From positions 789,334-853,333 of the forward strand of contig NW_003314343.1 in the NCBI RefSeq assembly GCF_000143415.4: a stretch of 64,000 nucleotides of DNA, read 5' to 3'. The stretch's first letter is position 1. Every line of letters begins with the position of its first letter. Source of the stretch: Selaginella moellendorffii (lineage: Eukaryota > Plantae > Lycopodiophyta). The notes under the pieces are model-generated. The model saw nothing but the letters and a program-made list of their open reading frames with translations, was not told where the DNA came from and did no database searches. This document shows, one piece after another, positions 11,463-25,149 of the stretch. The translations under genes and the position numbers were made by a program.

Positions 11463-13979
11463 TCACAGTCCCGTGTCACCCGCCTTTGCGCAAAGCATGT
11501 TGTACTCGTCAGCCTCTTCCTGGGTGATCGTCCAGCGCAGGCTACCATCCAGCTTCCACACTTCGACCTCACCAGCTTCATTCACGCCCCTCCCGTAGAG
11601 GAACGGCCGCGAGCGCACGGGGTTCTCGCACACCACGCGCACTGGATCCCGACTGGTCACTGCCGGCAAGTTGGAAAACAAGCCAGGAACCTCGTTGTTG
11701 GTGACCCGGTTGTAATCGTGGCCGAGGTCGCGGATGATACCAATTCCTTGGCTCCGTCTGGACGCCTTGCACACGAACATGTTCTTCCCGTTCATCCACG
11801 CAAAATGCCACTCGTCCTTGAGGTCCGACACCACCATCCACGGCTTGAGCGTTGGGTTCCTGATGTTCAAACCCAGGCAAGCCACCATAGCCTTGTAGAG
11901 CAGCTCGTCACTCATCGTTTCCTCCATCCAGAAACCGATCGCGGTGCCCTCACCAAGGACGTTCCCCAGGACTGTCTGGAGCTCGAACTCGAGCTTGAAT
12001 GGAAAGTTTGCGTTGGAGATGCACGATACGTGCTCCCTTTCCCTTTCAAGGTTCACTAGGTACTGGACTCTCAGCATGCTGTGCCTCGGCACACCGTGCC
12101 GCCACAGATAGCTCATCGTGGCGTCTCGTGTGACATCCCACGTCCACACAAAGGGCTCTGCGTCAAATTCCATCAGAGGCACTAGCCATCCTTCTCCCCT
12201 CATAACCGTGACGTTCATCCGGGACAAGAAACGCTTGCAGGCGCATAGATCCATGGATTCCAGTTCCAAGTTGCCAGGCTTGAGCACGCCGTAAAAGTCT
12301 AGCTCCTCTCCGGGATAGACCAGATCGCCCCGAGTCAGAGCCACTCCATTCCTTTGCAGCAGACCTGCCTGACCCGTCAGGTGTTCAATGGCTCCTACAA
12401 CGTCCGCTACCGGTTTTCCTCCTTCCGGAACGGAGACAGTCCCTAGAACTGAACCATCCCTGTCCCTGACGCGGCAGTAGCTTGGCAAATCTGCTTTGGG
12501 TGGCGTAGCCGGGTAGGACTTCATGGTATCGAGCTTCAACACGCTCAGCTGCAGGGAAAATGCCTCAAATCGTGCTGGCAAGAGCTGGTCATCACATACC
12601 TCACCGTGATCACCTCCCGACGCAATGAGACAAGCTTGGTCTTTGATCTTCGCGTACACTAGGCTCAGGCCCTGCAAATGATGTGAGTTGCCGTTCAAAA
12701 GCGTCTCACGCACACGAAGTCTGAATGATACCTCGCGAGGCAGCCGAGGCTCCACGCACACGGGAGTCCACTTCATCGCCTTCATGTTCAACAGCATCGT
12801 TTGAGGAACCAGGCCTGTGTGCAAGCACATTGGTGAAAATGATATAGAAACTAGAATCGCCTACCACCAACGATGTAGCATTCGTCTCCAGATCCAGTAG
12901 CCGCAGCGATGGACGTTGGCGCAGCAGGAAACTCCAGGGGCGCGGACGACCATTGTTTCTGCGCAACAGCGACTCACCAGTGAGTTCTCGGCAAAAACCG
13001 TGGCTTGCTCACAGTTTTAAGATCCAACGTGTACAGCTTATGGTCACAGCCAGAGAAAAGGTAGAGATAATTGCTGTTGAAGGAAGCATCGCCATGAAAA
13101 CAAAGCCCCGGTGGAAGCATGCCACTATGAACAGCGAAAGAAGATCACGAGGTGAGGTTACATGAACAAACAACTCGGACCTTGTAACCACACGTTCCCA
13201 CTCCTTCGTATCCAGATCAAAGACGTGGACGTCGTGAAGCATTCGACCGTGAAAATCCTCGCCACCATACACCCATACTTTGCTCCCAACCAAGGTAGCT
13301 GAGTGACCACGCGTTCCAGGCTATAGCATCATAGGGAAAAAGCACATTTCTCAAGTGGTAAGGAACAACAAGACCCCTTACCGGAGCTTCTCCACTCACT
13401 GGTAAAAGTGACCACACGCATTCTATCGCATCAAACTCGTACACTACACAAGTAGAGTCAAACTCAGCCAGAAAGGCCTCAAACCTTGTGTATACCTCGC
13501 AACCTTTCGTCTGATGGAATCCCAATGAAAGCAAACAGCGTTGTTCCTCTTGCAACCTGATAGATAGTGTTAGCCACCGTAAAGAAAACTCACCAAGCTC
13601 TTGAGCAGTAACTCACCAAGCGATGCCCGGCACAAGACACAGGACAGGATGGAAGTGGAGTCCAAGTCGAGTTTCTCAAATCGAAAACCTTCCGGGAAAA
13701 TTCACGACACCATAACGAAACACCAAACCAGAAGAAGTTTACCAGCGCATCGCTCAGGTATTTGTCCTCACAGCGTCCCCCAACAACATAAAACTTTTCG
13801 TTGAGCACGACTGCACCGTGCTGCAAGAAGACGCAAAGTTAGGGCCGGATCCTGCTAGAACTTACTAGACATCGAGCTTGTGGGTGAGCCGCGGTAACAG
13901 CTTCCCATTGGGCTGCCGCACCGCCGCTAAACCACCACTTCCACATGTATCCACCGGCACTAGTCAAAAGCACCGCCAT
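11463..13979 (-). CDS. Chimeric protein: ACBP4/5-like Kelch beta-propeller (no acyl-CoA-binding domain) fused to a ~360-aa Crinkler-like C-terminal region
   Basis: Short-intron exons give Kelch blades HGAVVLNEKFYVVGG, CAGHRL, GHSATLVGSKVWVYGGEDFHGRMLHDVHVFDLDTKEW, YLYLFSGCDHKLYTLDLKT|KQWS..ECYIVG|GLVPQTMLLNMKAMKW..E|GLSLV..LIASGGDHGE|LSVLK. Two stop-free 3n introns lie inside ORF 11463-12830. The last exon 11463-12548 (362 codons) is intronless. Confidence 0.8.
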
Positions 13980-14879
13980 GATTAGCGATTGGCTATAAAA
14001 ACGCCCAAGAAAATGAGGGACGATTTGGCCACGCGTTTGGAGGCGATCCAGCTGTCCCTGGAATCGATCGAGCTTTCCATTTGGTTCGTCCAAGGTTTAC
14101 GTACGTCCCGTCAAGAATGCCCTAGGAAGGTCTCCACATTCTAAGGAATGAATATTGGTTTTTTTTGGGAATGTTAGCAACCTAAATGATTTGACAAAAG
14201 AGAAATCTCTTAAATTGACAAATATCTATTGCATTTAATTAATAACGTGCTGGTCCTTCCTGGATATGGGTGGTTTAAAGCCACTAACAATCAAACGTGG
14301 TTGTCCATTTATGGCTCTCTGGACATCTCGGGAACATGCAACACTGCTATCTGCTAGAAAGCTACAAATCAAAGCAAGTGTTCCAATTGATGGCGTTATC
14401 AACATCTTTGAAGCTAAAAAGGTGGAAATTTTTTGCTGGGCAGATGCAAGAACACCAGAGCGAGGCAGAGCTATTGCTAGCCTCATACAAGAGCACCAAA
14501 GAAGTTCTACTGGTGCGAAGTGATTTTGCAGTTAACTGGAAGATCTTTTGGCTTGCAGACAGATTCACCATAGTGAACATTCCACTGGGCAAAAGATTAT
14601 TGATACTTGCAAACAAGAGTCCCAATGGTGTTGCTTTTGCATTGATGCGGTTGAATGGGAAAAAGCACCAGACGACTTAACAACATTTGCCCACACGGGG
14701 GATATGGAAATTTGATGCTCTTGCCTTGTGGACCCGATGATCACAATGTAGCAGTGCTGGTGGGACTGCCGGGGCTCCTGGGCTCCACTGCAACTCGCAG
14801 GAACAGCAAAACTCCCCAACGAAGCTGGTGCTCGTCCAGGACTTTTGTGGTGGTGGCCTGACTCGGCTCTGAGAAGCAG

Positions 14880-15900
14880 AGAGCTCTTCACACTCTACCT
14901 GTTAGCTGGGACTCCTACCTCTTTGTGGAGTATGTACGCAAAAGGTGACTGTGGCCAAGAGGCTTACGCTGTTTTCTCGAGGTGCATGGTGTCTTGGAAC
15001 TCTCTTATAAGAGCACGCACCAGGTCATGTCGCCGCCCGGGCTCTCGAGGGGCGCTCTAGGCGTGCAGCTGGGCCTTGTGTCGGATCGTATGTCTACATT
15101 GGAAGCCGAGCTTCAGCCTGTTTGAGAAAATGTGCATGATCCAGGGATGCGTAAACAACGAGGCTGTATGAGCTCCTGCGAAGATGACAGGCAGGCTGTA
15201 AAGTTCGGCTACTCTTCGGACTTCTTCATGCCCATAGTGGTGAGGTATGCCAAGTGTGGTCAAAATCTTCGACAAGAGCCAAGTTTCCGTGCAATCGAAT
15301 AGGCTTTCACCAGCTTTTACTGTGTTGCCAGTCCCGTTACGTCCGAGAGCTCGGAAGACGGCCTAGCTCTCGTGGCGTGCACCAGATGAGCTCCAAAGCT
15401 ACTAGCTCGGCCTCGTCGCTCTCCGCGTAGCCGAGTACCAGCCACACCACATCATAACGCTGGCGGTGGACTCAGTGAGCTTGCACTCCAAATGCGGTAG
15501 CCTGATGGATGGGGGGAACCCAAGCTTGCGGTGGCAGAACGAGAGCACTCCAGAAGCTGACACCCAGTGCAGCAATGGAAGCCTTGGAGACGGGAAAGCT
15601 CGTCCACGCTCACATTTCATCGGAGCTGCTGGGAGCCAGGGAGCTTGCGAGAAAGTGTTTAGCTTGCTTGGGAGTGCTGGGCTTCAACGTATGGCGTGGT
15701 GTCGGAGCCAAAGCTCGAAGTGCATGATCGATAGCGGCTACCGACGACGCAGCTAGGAAGACTGGCGCGCCGCTGGAATGCCGCTTTCAGATGACTTTCA
15801 GCTGAAGACTAACGGTAAACCGCCTGTCCACTGACCTGGCAGGCTTTGATTATGCCGAGAAAGGGCACTCGCATCTGGAAGTGGCGCTTGATGAGTTAAG
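14880..15900 (+). pseudogene. Scrambled PLS-PPR fragments
   Basis: SLWSMYAKGDCGQEAYAVF..MVSWNSLIRA; AVDSVSLHSKCGSLMDG; CAMEALETGKLVHAHI. Confidence 0.65.
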
Positions 15901-15919
15901 GAGTTGAAAAGCGCTAAAA

Positions 15920-16750
15920 CCTTTTAAAGCCCAGCTCGTGTCGGAGACATGGACCTGGTGACCGACGGCAAGCGCGTGCTCATTGCCGTCCACGACACCA
16001 CGGGCGTTCTCTCAAAGTGCCCCATAGCTCGTTCGAAATCCCCAGCACTGGCAAACGAACAGTTCAGGTGTCGTGTCCGCCACACTATTTTGTACGGTTG
16101 GAAGCACACTAGTGTAAATTCACATCGGGGGTGGCGTGAGTCCGTGTCCGGGCAAGGATCTGGGACTGGAGCTTCTTTGCTTGTGAGCTGGAGGCGGAGC
16201 CTTGAAGAGCGTGGTCATTCAGGTTTTATTTTGATCCGCAGGCTCACGTGAGAAGAGGTGAGTGATCCCTTGCTGGATCAAGCTTCGATTAATACAATCT
16301 TAGTTCTGAGCAAAATTATTAGGTGCCTTTTAAACACTTAGTTCATATATTTCACACCTGGAAAAGCCTTGGCCCCTCCACACATAATTCCATGTACATA
16401 CCCGCGCTAAGACTTTTGTTGCGCTTCTTCGGCGGCATCGGATCCTAGCAGTCGAGCGTCAACCATGCTGCGTGCATTTTTCTTTCCAGCTTAACAAGAA
16501 CGATCTGGCCTTGTTCCTTCTCGGCCAGATTGCTGCAAGCTTTGAGAGGAGCCACGAAACTCCTCCCATCATGGAGAGACTCAAGAACAGCTCCAAGGCC
16601 ATCTCATCCTCGCCGTTGTCCGTGTATCCGAGCAGTAGCGCGTTCAAAGTAACCAAGTCCATTCGATCGAACACCCTGCGAGTGTCCACCATCACTTTGC
16701 GTAGAAGTCGACGAGCACGCTTGACACATAGTTGTCTCGTTGGTTGATTA
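15920..16750 (-). pseudogene. PLS-PPR fragments (minus strand)
   Basis: FASAGDFERAMGHFERTPVVSWTAM; MVDTRRVFDRMDLVTLNALLLGYTDNGEDEMALELF. Confidence 0.65.
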
Positions 16751-17119
16751 AATCTTCTGGAACACTTCCAATGGAAGTGCAATCCAGTGGAACAGAGGTA
16801 CCAACAGTTTAAAATGCCCTGTAGCTTCAGCTTGATTGCCATGAAAACGAAAGCAAGCACAAAAACGAACCCTGGAGTCGAGTAGAGTGGCACAAAAGCA
16901 AGAGCGGCGCAAACAACTATGCATCAGCCAGCGCCCATGGGATGGGTGATAGCCAGAACTATAAACTTCAAGTGTCAAAATTTGCATGGTATTTTATAAA
17001 TCATGCGCAACTCACAAAGATGCAAGAAAGCAGTCTGTCTCCTGATCTTCTCATCTTCGAATCAACCTTGAACCAAATAAGTTACTATATGGAGTGGAAG
17101 GGTTTAAAAGAATATCTTC

Positions 17120-20100
17120 CTATGAATGTGGAACCAGCACGGCCAACTGCAAGACTTTGTCTCGGCACAGCTGCACTGGATTGTCAAACGTCATAAGCCG
17201 AGCCTGCTGCTTGTTCTGGAGCATCTGGATCCGGATGATGCTGTATCCATCGCCCATCTTGCTCGCAAACTCCCACTCCCAGGGAGATAACTCGAACCAA
17301 TCCTTGCTGCTCGATCTTGTCGACTTCACCTCCACAAACTTCTTCCGCCCGTCCGACCACTCCACCACAATGTCGTAAGCACAGCCCGTTTCCACCTCCT
17401 CGTTCACCCACGAGACCATGGCGTCCTGGCCGTGCTTCCTACACAGGTGCTCGTATACCATCTTCTCGCCGTTTCTTCCAGTAACTTCCTGCTGCTCCCG
17501 GTTTGCTGGACGTGATGATACGAGCTTGTCGCGGTCGACCACGCTGAGTTCTTGAGCGTCATCTGCCTGCTGCTCAGTGAAGTTGTAGTCGTCCAGATCG
17601 ATTACATTCTGCTTCTGGATCACTGCACTATCGCCGGGAGCTTCGATGGAGTGCCTGGCGGTCTTCGATTTTGTTCTCTGCCGCTCGAGGAACTCGTCGG
17701 CCCGGGCTGCCATGGTTGACGTGCTCGGGTTGTGCCGCTGGCTCCCTCCCAGCTTCCAGGGCGCCTCTTCCGTAGGGAGAGGCATCAGGTTCTGGGAGCT
17801 TGAAACCAGAGACTCCAAATCATCATCGTCCGCCAGACCCTTGGCTTGAAGTGCTACCAAGTGCAAGAAGTTGGCTAGAGGCGTGTGTTGCGTGCCACTG
17901 AAGAATAGACGCGAGAGCTCTAGAAAAATGGAAGCATACTCTTGGATATGCGTAGAAGAAACATAGAGTTTATTGTCCTGCACAAACCATAGTATGTAAG
18001 TACCAAAAGAAACTCAGTCTTACCTCTAGTAAGCAGTTGCAGGGAATCCTGTGACGCGAAAAAAATCCCGTCGACTTAAGCTTGTACCGCGAAAACAGCC
18101 TGTCCACAATGAAGCACTGAAATTCACGAAGACATCCATCTTCCTTGCAGCGTCTGTAATTCTCCGGATGAAACTGTACCAAATACCTCTGACAATATGG
18201 AAGAACCAGCGAAATGATGTTTTCAAGCTCTGGCGAGCTATTTGGGCCATAAATAATGGCTTCCTTTTCAACTACCTGCGACATTGAAGCATTAGCCAAC
18301 ACAGAAATTCATAATCCACAACATTACCTCCGAAAAGCGAGGTACTCCGATTCCCGTCAAGAAGGACACGATCGAAGCTGAAGATCTCCCGACATCCACG
18401 AACTTGACTGCACTGTCTAAGTAGTCGAACGCATCAACAAGCTTGGCATCGTCACACCAGCACAATATGCGGTCCGCATCTGTCAAACCCGTCCAAGTGT
18501 TCTGCGTTGTCGGTAAAATGGGAGCACCGCTCGCTCGCAACGCATTCTTTCGACGATCCAGCTCCTCCGGTTTCATTTTGCCATTGTCAAGTTCTCGCGA
18601 CCAATGAGCAAAAAGCTCCAGAACCTGGAGAAACACGGAAAACACACTTAATAACAAGTAAAAAGAAACGGGCTCTTTACGTGCCTTGTCAAGGAGCTTC
18701 GAAGGTGGCACGGTTCCAGCAATGTGCTGGAGTATGCTGATATAAGCATCGAAGTCAGGTACGTCAGGCACGCAGCATCCTTCGACGAAAAAATCTCGCA
18801 TTTCCGCTGAGTAAACGTGGCAAAGTGTTCTGACAGGAACTTTCCCATCCGTCGAATCGTCAAAACCAAACGGATCTTCCCAAGTAACCTGTGCAGCTGA
18901 ATAAAGATTTCCAGTGACATTTTCGTTGGTTCTCGTCACTCGAACGGAAGGTAAAAATATGTAAGTAGATTCAAACTGCCTCTGCAACTCCTGCTTGTCC
19001 ATTTTCTCGCACAAAAACGTGTATACTCTTTCCATCTGGCCAATGCTGTAAATACAACATACTGTTAGGAAACGTCATGGAGTAAAACAAAGTTGTACCT
19101 GATTGAACAGCTTCCTTCTTTTTCTCTTTCATTGAGCAGCTTCATTAAATTTATTATATCCTCCAGTCGCACCTCTGTATGTAGACCCAAAGCTTTTGCC
19201 AGTTTGCTACTACCAACCTGCACATGAACTAGTAAGACACAAGATAAATTTACGAATGCTACGCACCTGAGGCCGGGCATAGGAAACATAGCTTCCCAGC
19301 ATCGATTCCACGCTTTTGTGAAACAGCTCCGTTGGCTTATGAAGTTGATGGTCCAAGCTGGAACCGATCCAAGCGTACCCTCGGAGTTGCAAAACAAAAG
19401 ACGACTCACAGTCGCCACCAATGCTGGGAGCACCTTCCACACTGTAGCTGCCTTTCGAGAACCGATCGTAGTGCTCATCCCACATACTGTCCAGTACCGT
19501 CAGGAAAAGCCTGCAATTTTCAGGCCTTCCACTCCGTGCAAGAGCGTTGCATATGCGGAACGAGTCGGCGCATCCCCAGTCTTGTATAATCCAGGCAGTG
19601 TTCCCATCCGCGTGCTTCCAACTCTCGTTCTTCCAGACGGTAGATGATTTATCCCCGACCCTCACCTTCGACGGCAGCACGTTGATAAAGTCGCTGACTC
19701 CCAGCGACATGAAGAACTTCCGCCAAAACGCCGGTGACGGATTGAACTGGAGGTACTTGCTATCAACCTCACACCATGGCACTGGAGCATCCTCGAGCAA
19801 TTTTTCGACGTCGACAATGTTGCCCAGTTCCTTGCCGAAGTGTATGCTGTGTTCAGCGACGCTGCGCAGGCCGTCCTTAGTGAGAACAATCGCTGTATTC
19901 CTGAGCTGAGATAAAAGTCCGTCCTTTTCTGCTTGACAGCTTCGGCAATTGTCGAGCTCAAAGTGTAAGGCGCAGTAAGCCAGGTACTGCAGGAGAAGTG
20001 ATGGATCTTTCTTGAGACAATCCACGCTTGCCATTGCTGGTAAAACGTGGCTCTTGATAACTTCATGCGCAGTCACCACCTTAACCCCCAGTTTCACAAG

Positions 20101-23100
20101 CATCTCCTTTATAGTACCAGCGGTGCTTTCCTCGTCGATAAGGAACGGACTCACGGTTCTAATGTCCGAATAGAGGTCCAGGAAATCTTTAGAGCGTCCC
20201 TGTAAACCTTCGCCATCAAGGAACCAAACTAGTCCGTCCTCTAGTGATGTGAATCCGCCAGAAGATAGAGGAATGAAAGGAACACCTCGCAGAGTTCCCG
20301 CCACCTTCTGCTCCTGATGTACAAAGTTCTGTTTCTCGTAGGCAAAGCACTTGTGGATTTCCACAAGACACCTTCGCAGCCATCCTATTCCCAGGTCGTC
20401 CAGCGATTTAGCAGCAGCTTTCAGCAAGCCAACCAGCGTCTCCACTCCATACTCCGGAACTCCCAAGGCCGATGCAAGAATATCGCTGATGATCACCTCT
20501 CTGTCAAGGTAGAGCAGTCCCAAATACTTTTTCAGCATGTCATCGGGTACCAGCAGTCGAAATGCGTCGCCCCATCCTCTCAAGGTTGTGCATGGCAGCG
20601 ACCAGAGCTCTGAACCTTCAACAGGCAGGCAAGGAGCAGCTCGTAGCAAGGATAGAATAATCCTCGGGACCGAAGAGAAAAAACCAAGTACCTCGCCTTC
20701 AACGGGAACGTAGCTCAAGTAGCTTGATATAGCTTCAATGCGGCTTCCAAAGACTGCAGATGATTGAAAGCAGTGGAGTGATTGTAGGAAGAGCTTTGGA
20801 ACCTCAGCACGTAACCACTGGTTCCATGCACTGTCCCGGTCCAAGTCTTCCCGTGAAGATGGAAGAATGAAGTCGCCCTGTACGACGAACTTCAGCCCGT
20901 AAGAGCGTACTGGTAGAAAGGCGAACACCTGTTGCTGAACGGCAAGTGCCGCGTAGTGTCCATCACGGCTCTCCTTCAGCTCGAAAGCAAGAGCAAGCTC
21001 AGTGTCCGGAACCCCAGCCCGATCCATAGGTGCGTCAAGAAGCTGCCTCACGACGAGAAAAGTACCTGTGCTCCTTCCATCTGTCAGCTTGATGATGTTG
21101 TTTCCAATATCTTGACGACGCATGGTCAAGCACGAATCCGATGCTTCGTTCTTGACGACCACCGTTCGCAGCTTGTGAAGGAAGAGTAGTAGTTTGGGTT
21201 GTACGTCTTGGAACATGCGTGACATAGAGTTGGCCTCGACTACGGACGCTCGAAGAGGAAGATCGATACGAGTGTTGATGCACCAGGTATCTTCTCCAGT
21301 TGCCTGTGAAAGGACGTTCTCAAGGTAAGCGTTATCAAGAGGAGACTGCACCCACGTCGGTAAGATAAAGCCGATAGAGCTCTCTGATATGTCGAACTTG
21401 ACGTGAAAGCCGTTTGAATGTATTTGTGGAGACTCTGTGACCTGAAAAGATAATCGTCAATCAACAGCAAAGCACCTAAAACTGACTTACTCTGAAGACT
21501 GATTTGAATCCTATTCCTTTGTGTCCAATGTAGCCTGCAGGTACCCCTTTCTTTGTGGACTTCCCGACATCACAAAGAGCACGGATGTTCTTCGCTGTAA
21601 AGCCCTTCTCATTGTTTAAAACGACGATCCGGTCTTTTTGAATGATAAAAGCGAGTGTGGGATGGGCGTTCAGAGGATAGCTATTGTCATCGGCATTTTG
21701 CACCTGGGTAACAAACAACCAAAAACCAGAAGACCATGAAATGGACTGAAAAGAAAAGCCTTTGAAAATGCGTACCAGCTCAAGGATGAAGTGACAATCT
21801 TCCGAATACAAATTCTGAGAAAGGCACTCCAAGGCACGACCCATTCGAGCATGCTGCTTCGCAAGTAGTCCAGACTGAGTTACTTCGTCTTGTTCCTCGA
21901 AGCCAAACTCGTCCTTACGTATCATTCGTACCACTTCTCTCGCATCACTATCGAGGCTTTCTTCCGACATATCAGCCACCTCCTTCTTCACAGAACGGAG
22001 TTGACTACCCGGTTGTCGCTCAGACAAAACGGTCTCGTCACGCCTCGGTTTCTTGAAGTGGTTCTCACAGGCGGAAGAGCTATCCCGATAGCTCTCATCT
22101 GCATGACTTGCAGCTTCAAAAGTGGAGTAGTCGTTAATCCACTGCGGAACGCCCAACGCCAATCCCACCCTGTGAAGCATCAAGTGATGAAGGACGCTGC
22201 TACAGTTTTGTAGAAGTAGGGAGCCAGCATCCGGGAACAGTCTGGAAAGTCCAGCGTAAAGAACCTCCGCCGAGAACTCAATAAAATCGTGAGGCGCGCT
22301 TGCAAGGCAGTCAAGTATAAAGCAGGCTGCTTCGTGATGGTTTTCCTGCTTCCTTTTCCGGCCATTGTTTACCCTTGCTCGATCGAAGTATATTTGTAGC
22401 CCTTTAAGCGCATGTGTCTGGAGTAGCGCTTTTGGAGTTCTTGCGGCTCCTCCGTACAACACTACTAGAGATACCAGCTGCGCCGCAACATCCAAAGACC
22501 GCCCGTTTACAACTGCATCGAGAAAGCTATCTACGCTTGCATCTCCATCTACTCGCAAGAGCTTGCCATCCCTGGTCGCAACAGCTAGAACCTGCCGGTT
22601 GCATCTTCCATGCTCGAGCCACTCTAGAAGAGGACCAAGTTGAGGCTCATAGATGTCCGTCCATTGCGACCAAAGTGTCAAGTCAGCTAGCATTGGTGCC
22701 TTTACGAGACATGCTTCGGCATCTGCGTCTGTCTTACTTCCAAGCTTGCCAACCTGGGCACTGAAATTTGGCAAATATTCCCCAAGTAACGCTACCGAGA
22801 AGTAAACTGTGCTTGGTCTCCTGATATCATCTGGGGTAAGATCCTCAAAGCTTGTCGTTGCTAGATTGAACTGCTTGCAGCACCGGACTGATATATCCTT
22901 CTCTGACAAAGTGGCATCTGCATTCGACGCTTGCCGACCAAACGCTTGCATGCGATGCCGTGGAACTGTAGTGGTATCGATTAAGCTTCTGTTTTCCATC
23001 ACCATCACCCTGTCGAGATGCACTTCCAGATAGTTCAGAAGACTTTTGCATCCTAGACTGGAAAACACCTTATCTGTGAATGAGCTGTAAAGCAGCTTCT

Positions 23101-25149
23101 CACAGCCAATGGCCCAATTCAGAACATTGCACCACCACCTGCCATTCCCGTGCGTTGTTGGAACGTATCGTTCAAAATGTTCCTTGATCACTGAGAAAAC
23201 CTCGTCATTGGTACCTGCAAGGAGAGCCGTAGCAAGTGAAGTCTCCAAAAAATTAAAATAAAATAAAATAAAAGAATATACCAGTGCACGCGGGAGGAGC
23301 TTCCACAAGAGCTACTACGTCGTCGTCATCAGAGATCGCTTCTGGAGCTATGACGTCCCATTCTCCAGAATTGATAGAGGCTAACTAAAAGGAAAGCATT
23401 CACGGTAAAGCCAACGAAGCCATGATTCTTACAGCAACATGAAGTATTTGAGCCACCGGATAGAATTTGAAGTAGCGAACTTTACGACTTCCCTTGGTAT
23501 CCGCTAGAATGTGATTCAGTGCCTAACACACAGTTCAGTACAGAAAAATAAAGACATCTGCCCACCTGAGCCACAGAACAGTCGCGGCAAGTATCTCTCC
23601 ACGTTGCTACAAACTCAACAATCGATGCTCTGCTGATTTCGTAGTCGAATCCCGATAGCGACTCAAAAGCTTTTTCCACTTCTGCAGTGGAGCATTGCAC
23701 TGTTGCATCCATGTCTTCATCTGACGAATGAAAGCAGCCTTTCATGGAGGCTACCTACGAGAACCAGATATTAAAACACGAAGCACGCAAAGACTAGAAA
23801 GTCTCCTTACAGCGATGTTCAGCAATGCAAGTGCTGGACGAGTTTTAAAGAGTTTGAAAAGCCTCCTCAAATTCTTTTCACTGGTTACTTGAGCAAGCAT
23901 TCGCTTAAGTACCTGCTTCAAAGATACATGAAAAAAACTCGTAGAGAAATGGAAGAGGCAGATGTTACCTCGGTCACTGGAAAATCGTGGCAACAGCGCT
24001 TCCAAGTACGAACAAAATCAGAGACAGCAGATTTCTTGAGAGAAAATTCGTTGTCCACCATTTCTCCACAAGGTTTTCTCTGTTCTTCTCGTGAGGATGG
24101 AAATGGACATGTGCTATGCCTCGGAGGTACTGCCTTGTTGTCGTCAGAATCAGAATCGGAGTAGCAGAACCGTATGTGTGAAGGTTTCTGGGACGCAGAG
24201 GATTCGACGTTAGTGTTGGTTTGCGTTCCTCTCAGGGCTCTCTGTATAGCCTCCCTCTGTTCGCGGGCTTTCTTCATGTTTGCCTCCCACTTTTGTAGAG
24301 CTTCTTTTTCTTTCCGTTTCACTTCCCGAGTGATACCAATGTACATCCTACGGCCACAGTCAGTCAGGAGATTAAAAACGATGAAGGGAGAAAAGCTAAC
24401 CCGAGGCTTTGAATGCGAACGCAGAGTCTTTTGACGTCCACACTTCTCTCTTCGGCAATGAAGGAGAGTAGAGCAGCCGGATCAACGTGCTGTTTTTTCT
24501 CCATCAGCCTGTTCAAGTCCTCTAAAACCTCCAACGCAGTAATCTTGTAAACTTGCATCAATCCGGCAGAAAAAATTTGCTGGACGAGGGCGTGTTTTAC
24601 GACAGGTCCAAGGCCAAGATCATCAAACGTATCAACTCGTTCCTCCTCGCACAGCCCGAGAACCAGGTCGTGGAGCGTCGTGATCCGGTTCCCTGCAACA
24701 TAAGCCACTATATAGGCGTTCACCTACACCCATAGAAACGCTTTAGAACAGAACTCGCGCAACAATTTGAGAAGAAAGAACAGAAAGAGAAAAAATGAAA
24801 GAGCTTACTCGATTCCCACCTTTCCTTCGATTGCCGATAGCGTTCTCAAGCAAGGGACTTGGTGCATTTGCACACCAATCGACTCCAGCGAGTAAATCCC
24901 CAGCTGACACAGCATTCTGCCGAGAACCGCCGCGACTGTGACACCGTTGCCATCGCCAAGAGCCTGCTGGTAAGCTGTGACGGCCGCATTATCCAAGCGC
25001 TTGATCGTCTCCTCGTACATTGCCCGATGAGGCTGCGGCTGCCATCTCCCGGGCGCAATCCAAGGCCGAGGAGGAGGAAGAGCAGGACGATAATCTGGAA
25101 ATACCTGACCTCCACTGCCGCTGCCGGAAGGAATCCTTCTCTCCGCCAT
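17120..25149 (-). CDS. NOV: NO VEIN protein (sacsin-like HATPase module plus C-terminal DUF3883/NOV_C), multi-exon
   Basis: QHARMGRALECLSQNLYSEDCHFILELV|QNADDN...NNEKGFTAKNIRALCDVGKSTKKG..GYIGHKGIGFKSVFRV; VFAFLPVRSYGLKFVVQGDFILPSSRE; C-terminal GRNGEKMVYEHL..VSWVNEEVETGCAYDI..FVEVKST..DWFELSPWEWEFA. Confidence 0.92.

Noticed and set aside
14235-14860. Overlapping short ORFs upstream of the PPR scraps (possible F-box-associated fragment)
   Set aside because: No motif I can support; frameshifted
17120-17500. REase-fold DUF3883 of NOV as part of the CRN-like nuclease theme
   Set aside because: NOV is a conserved plant gene with this domain as standard; its proximity is probably coincidental
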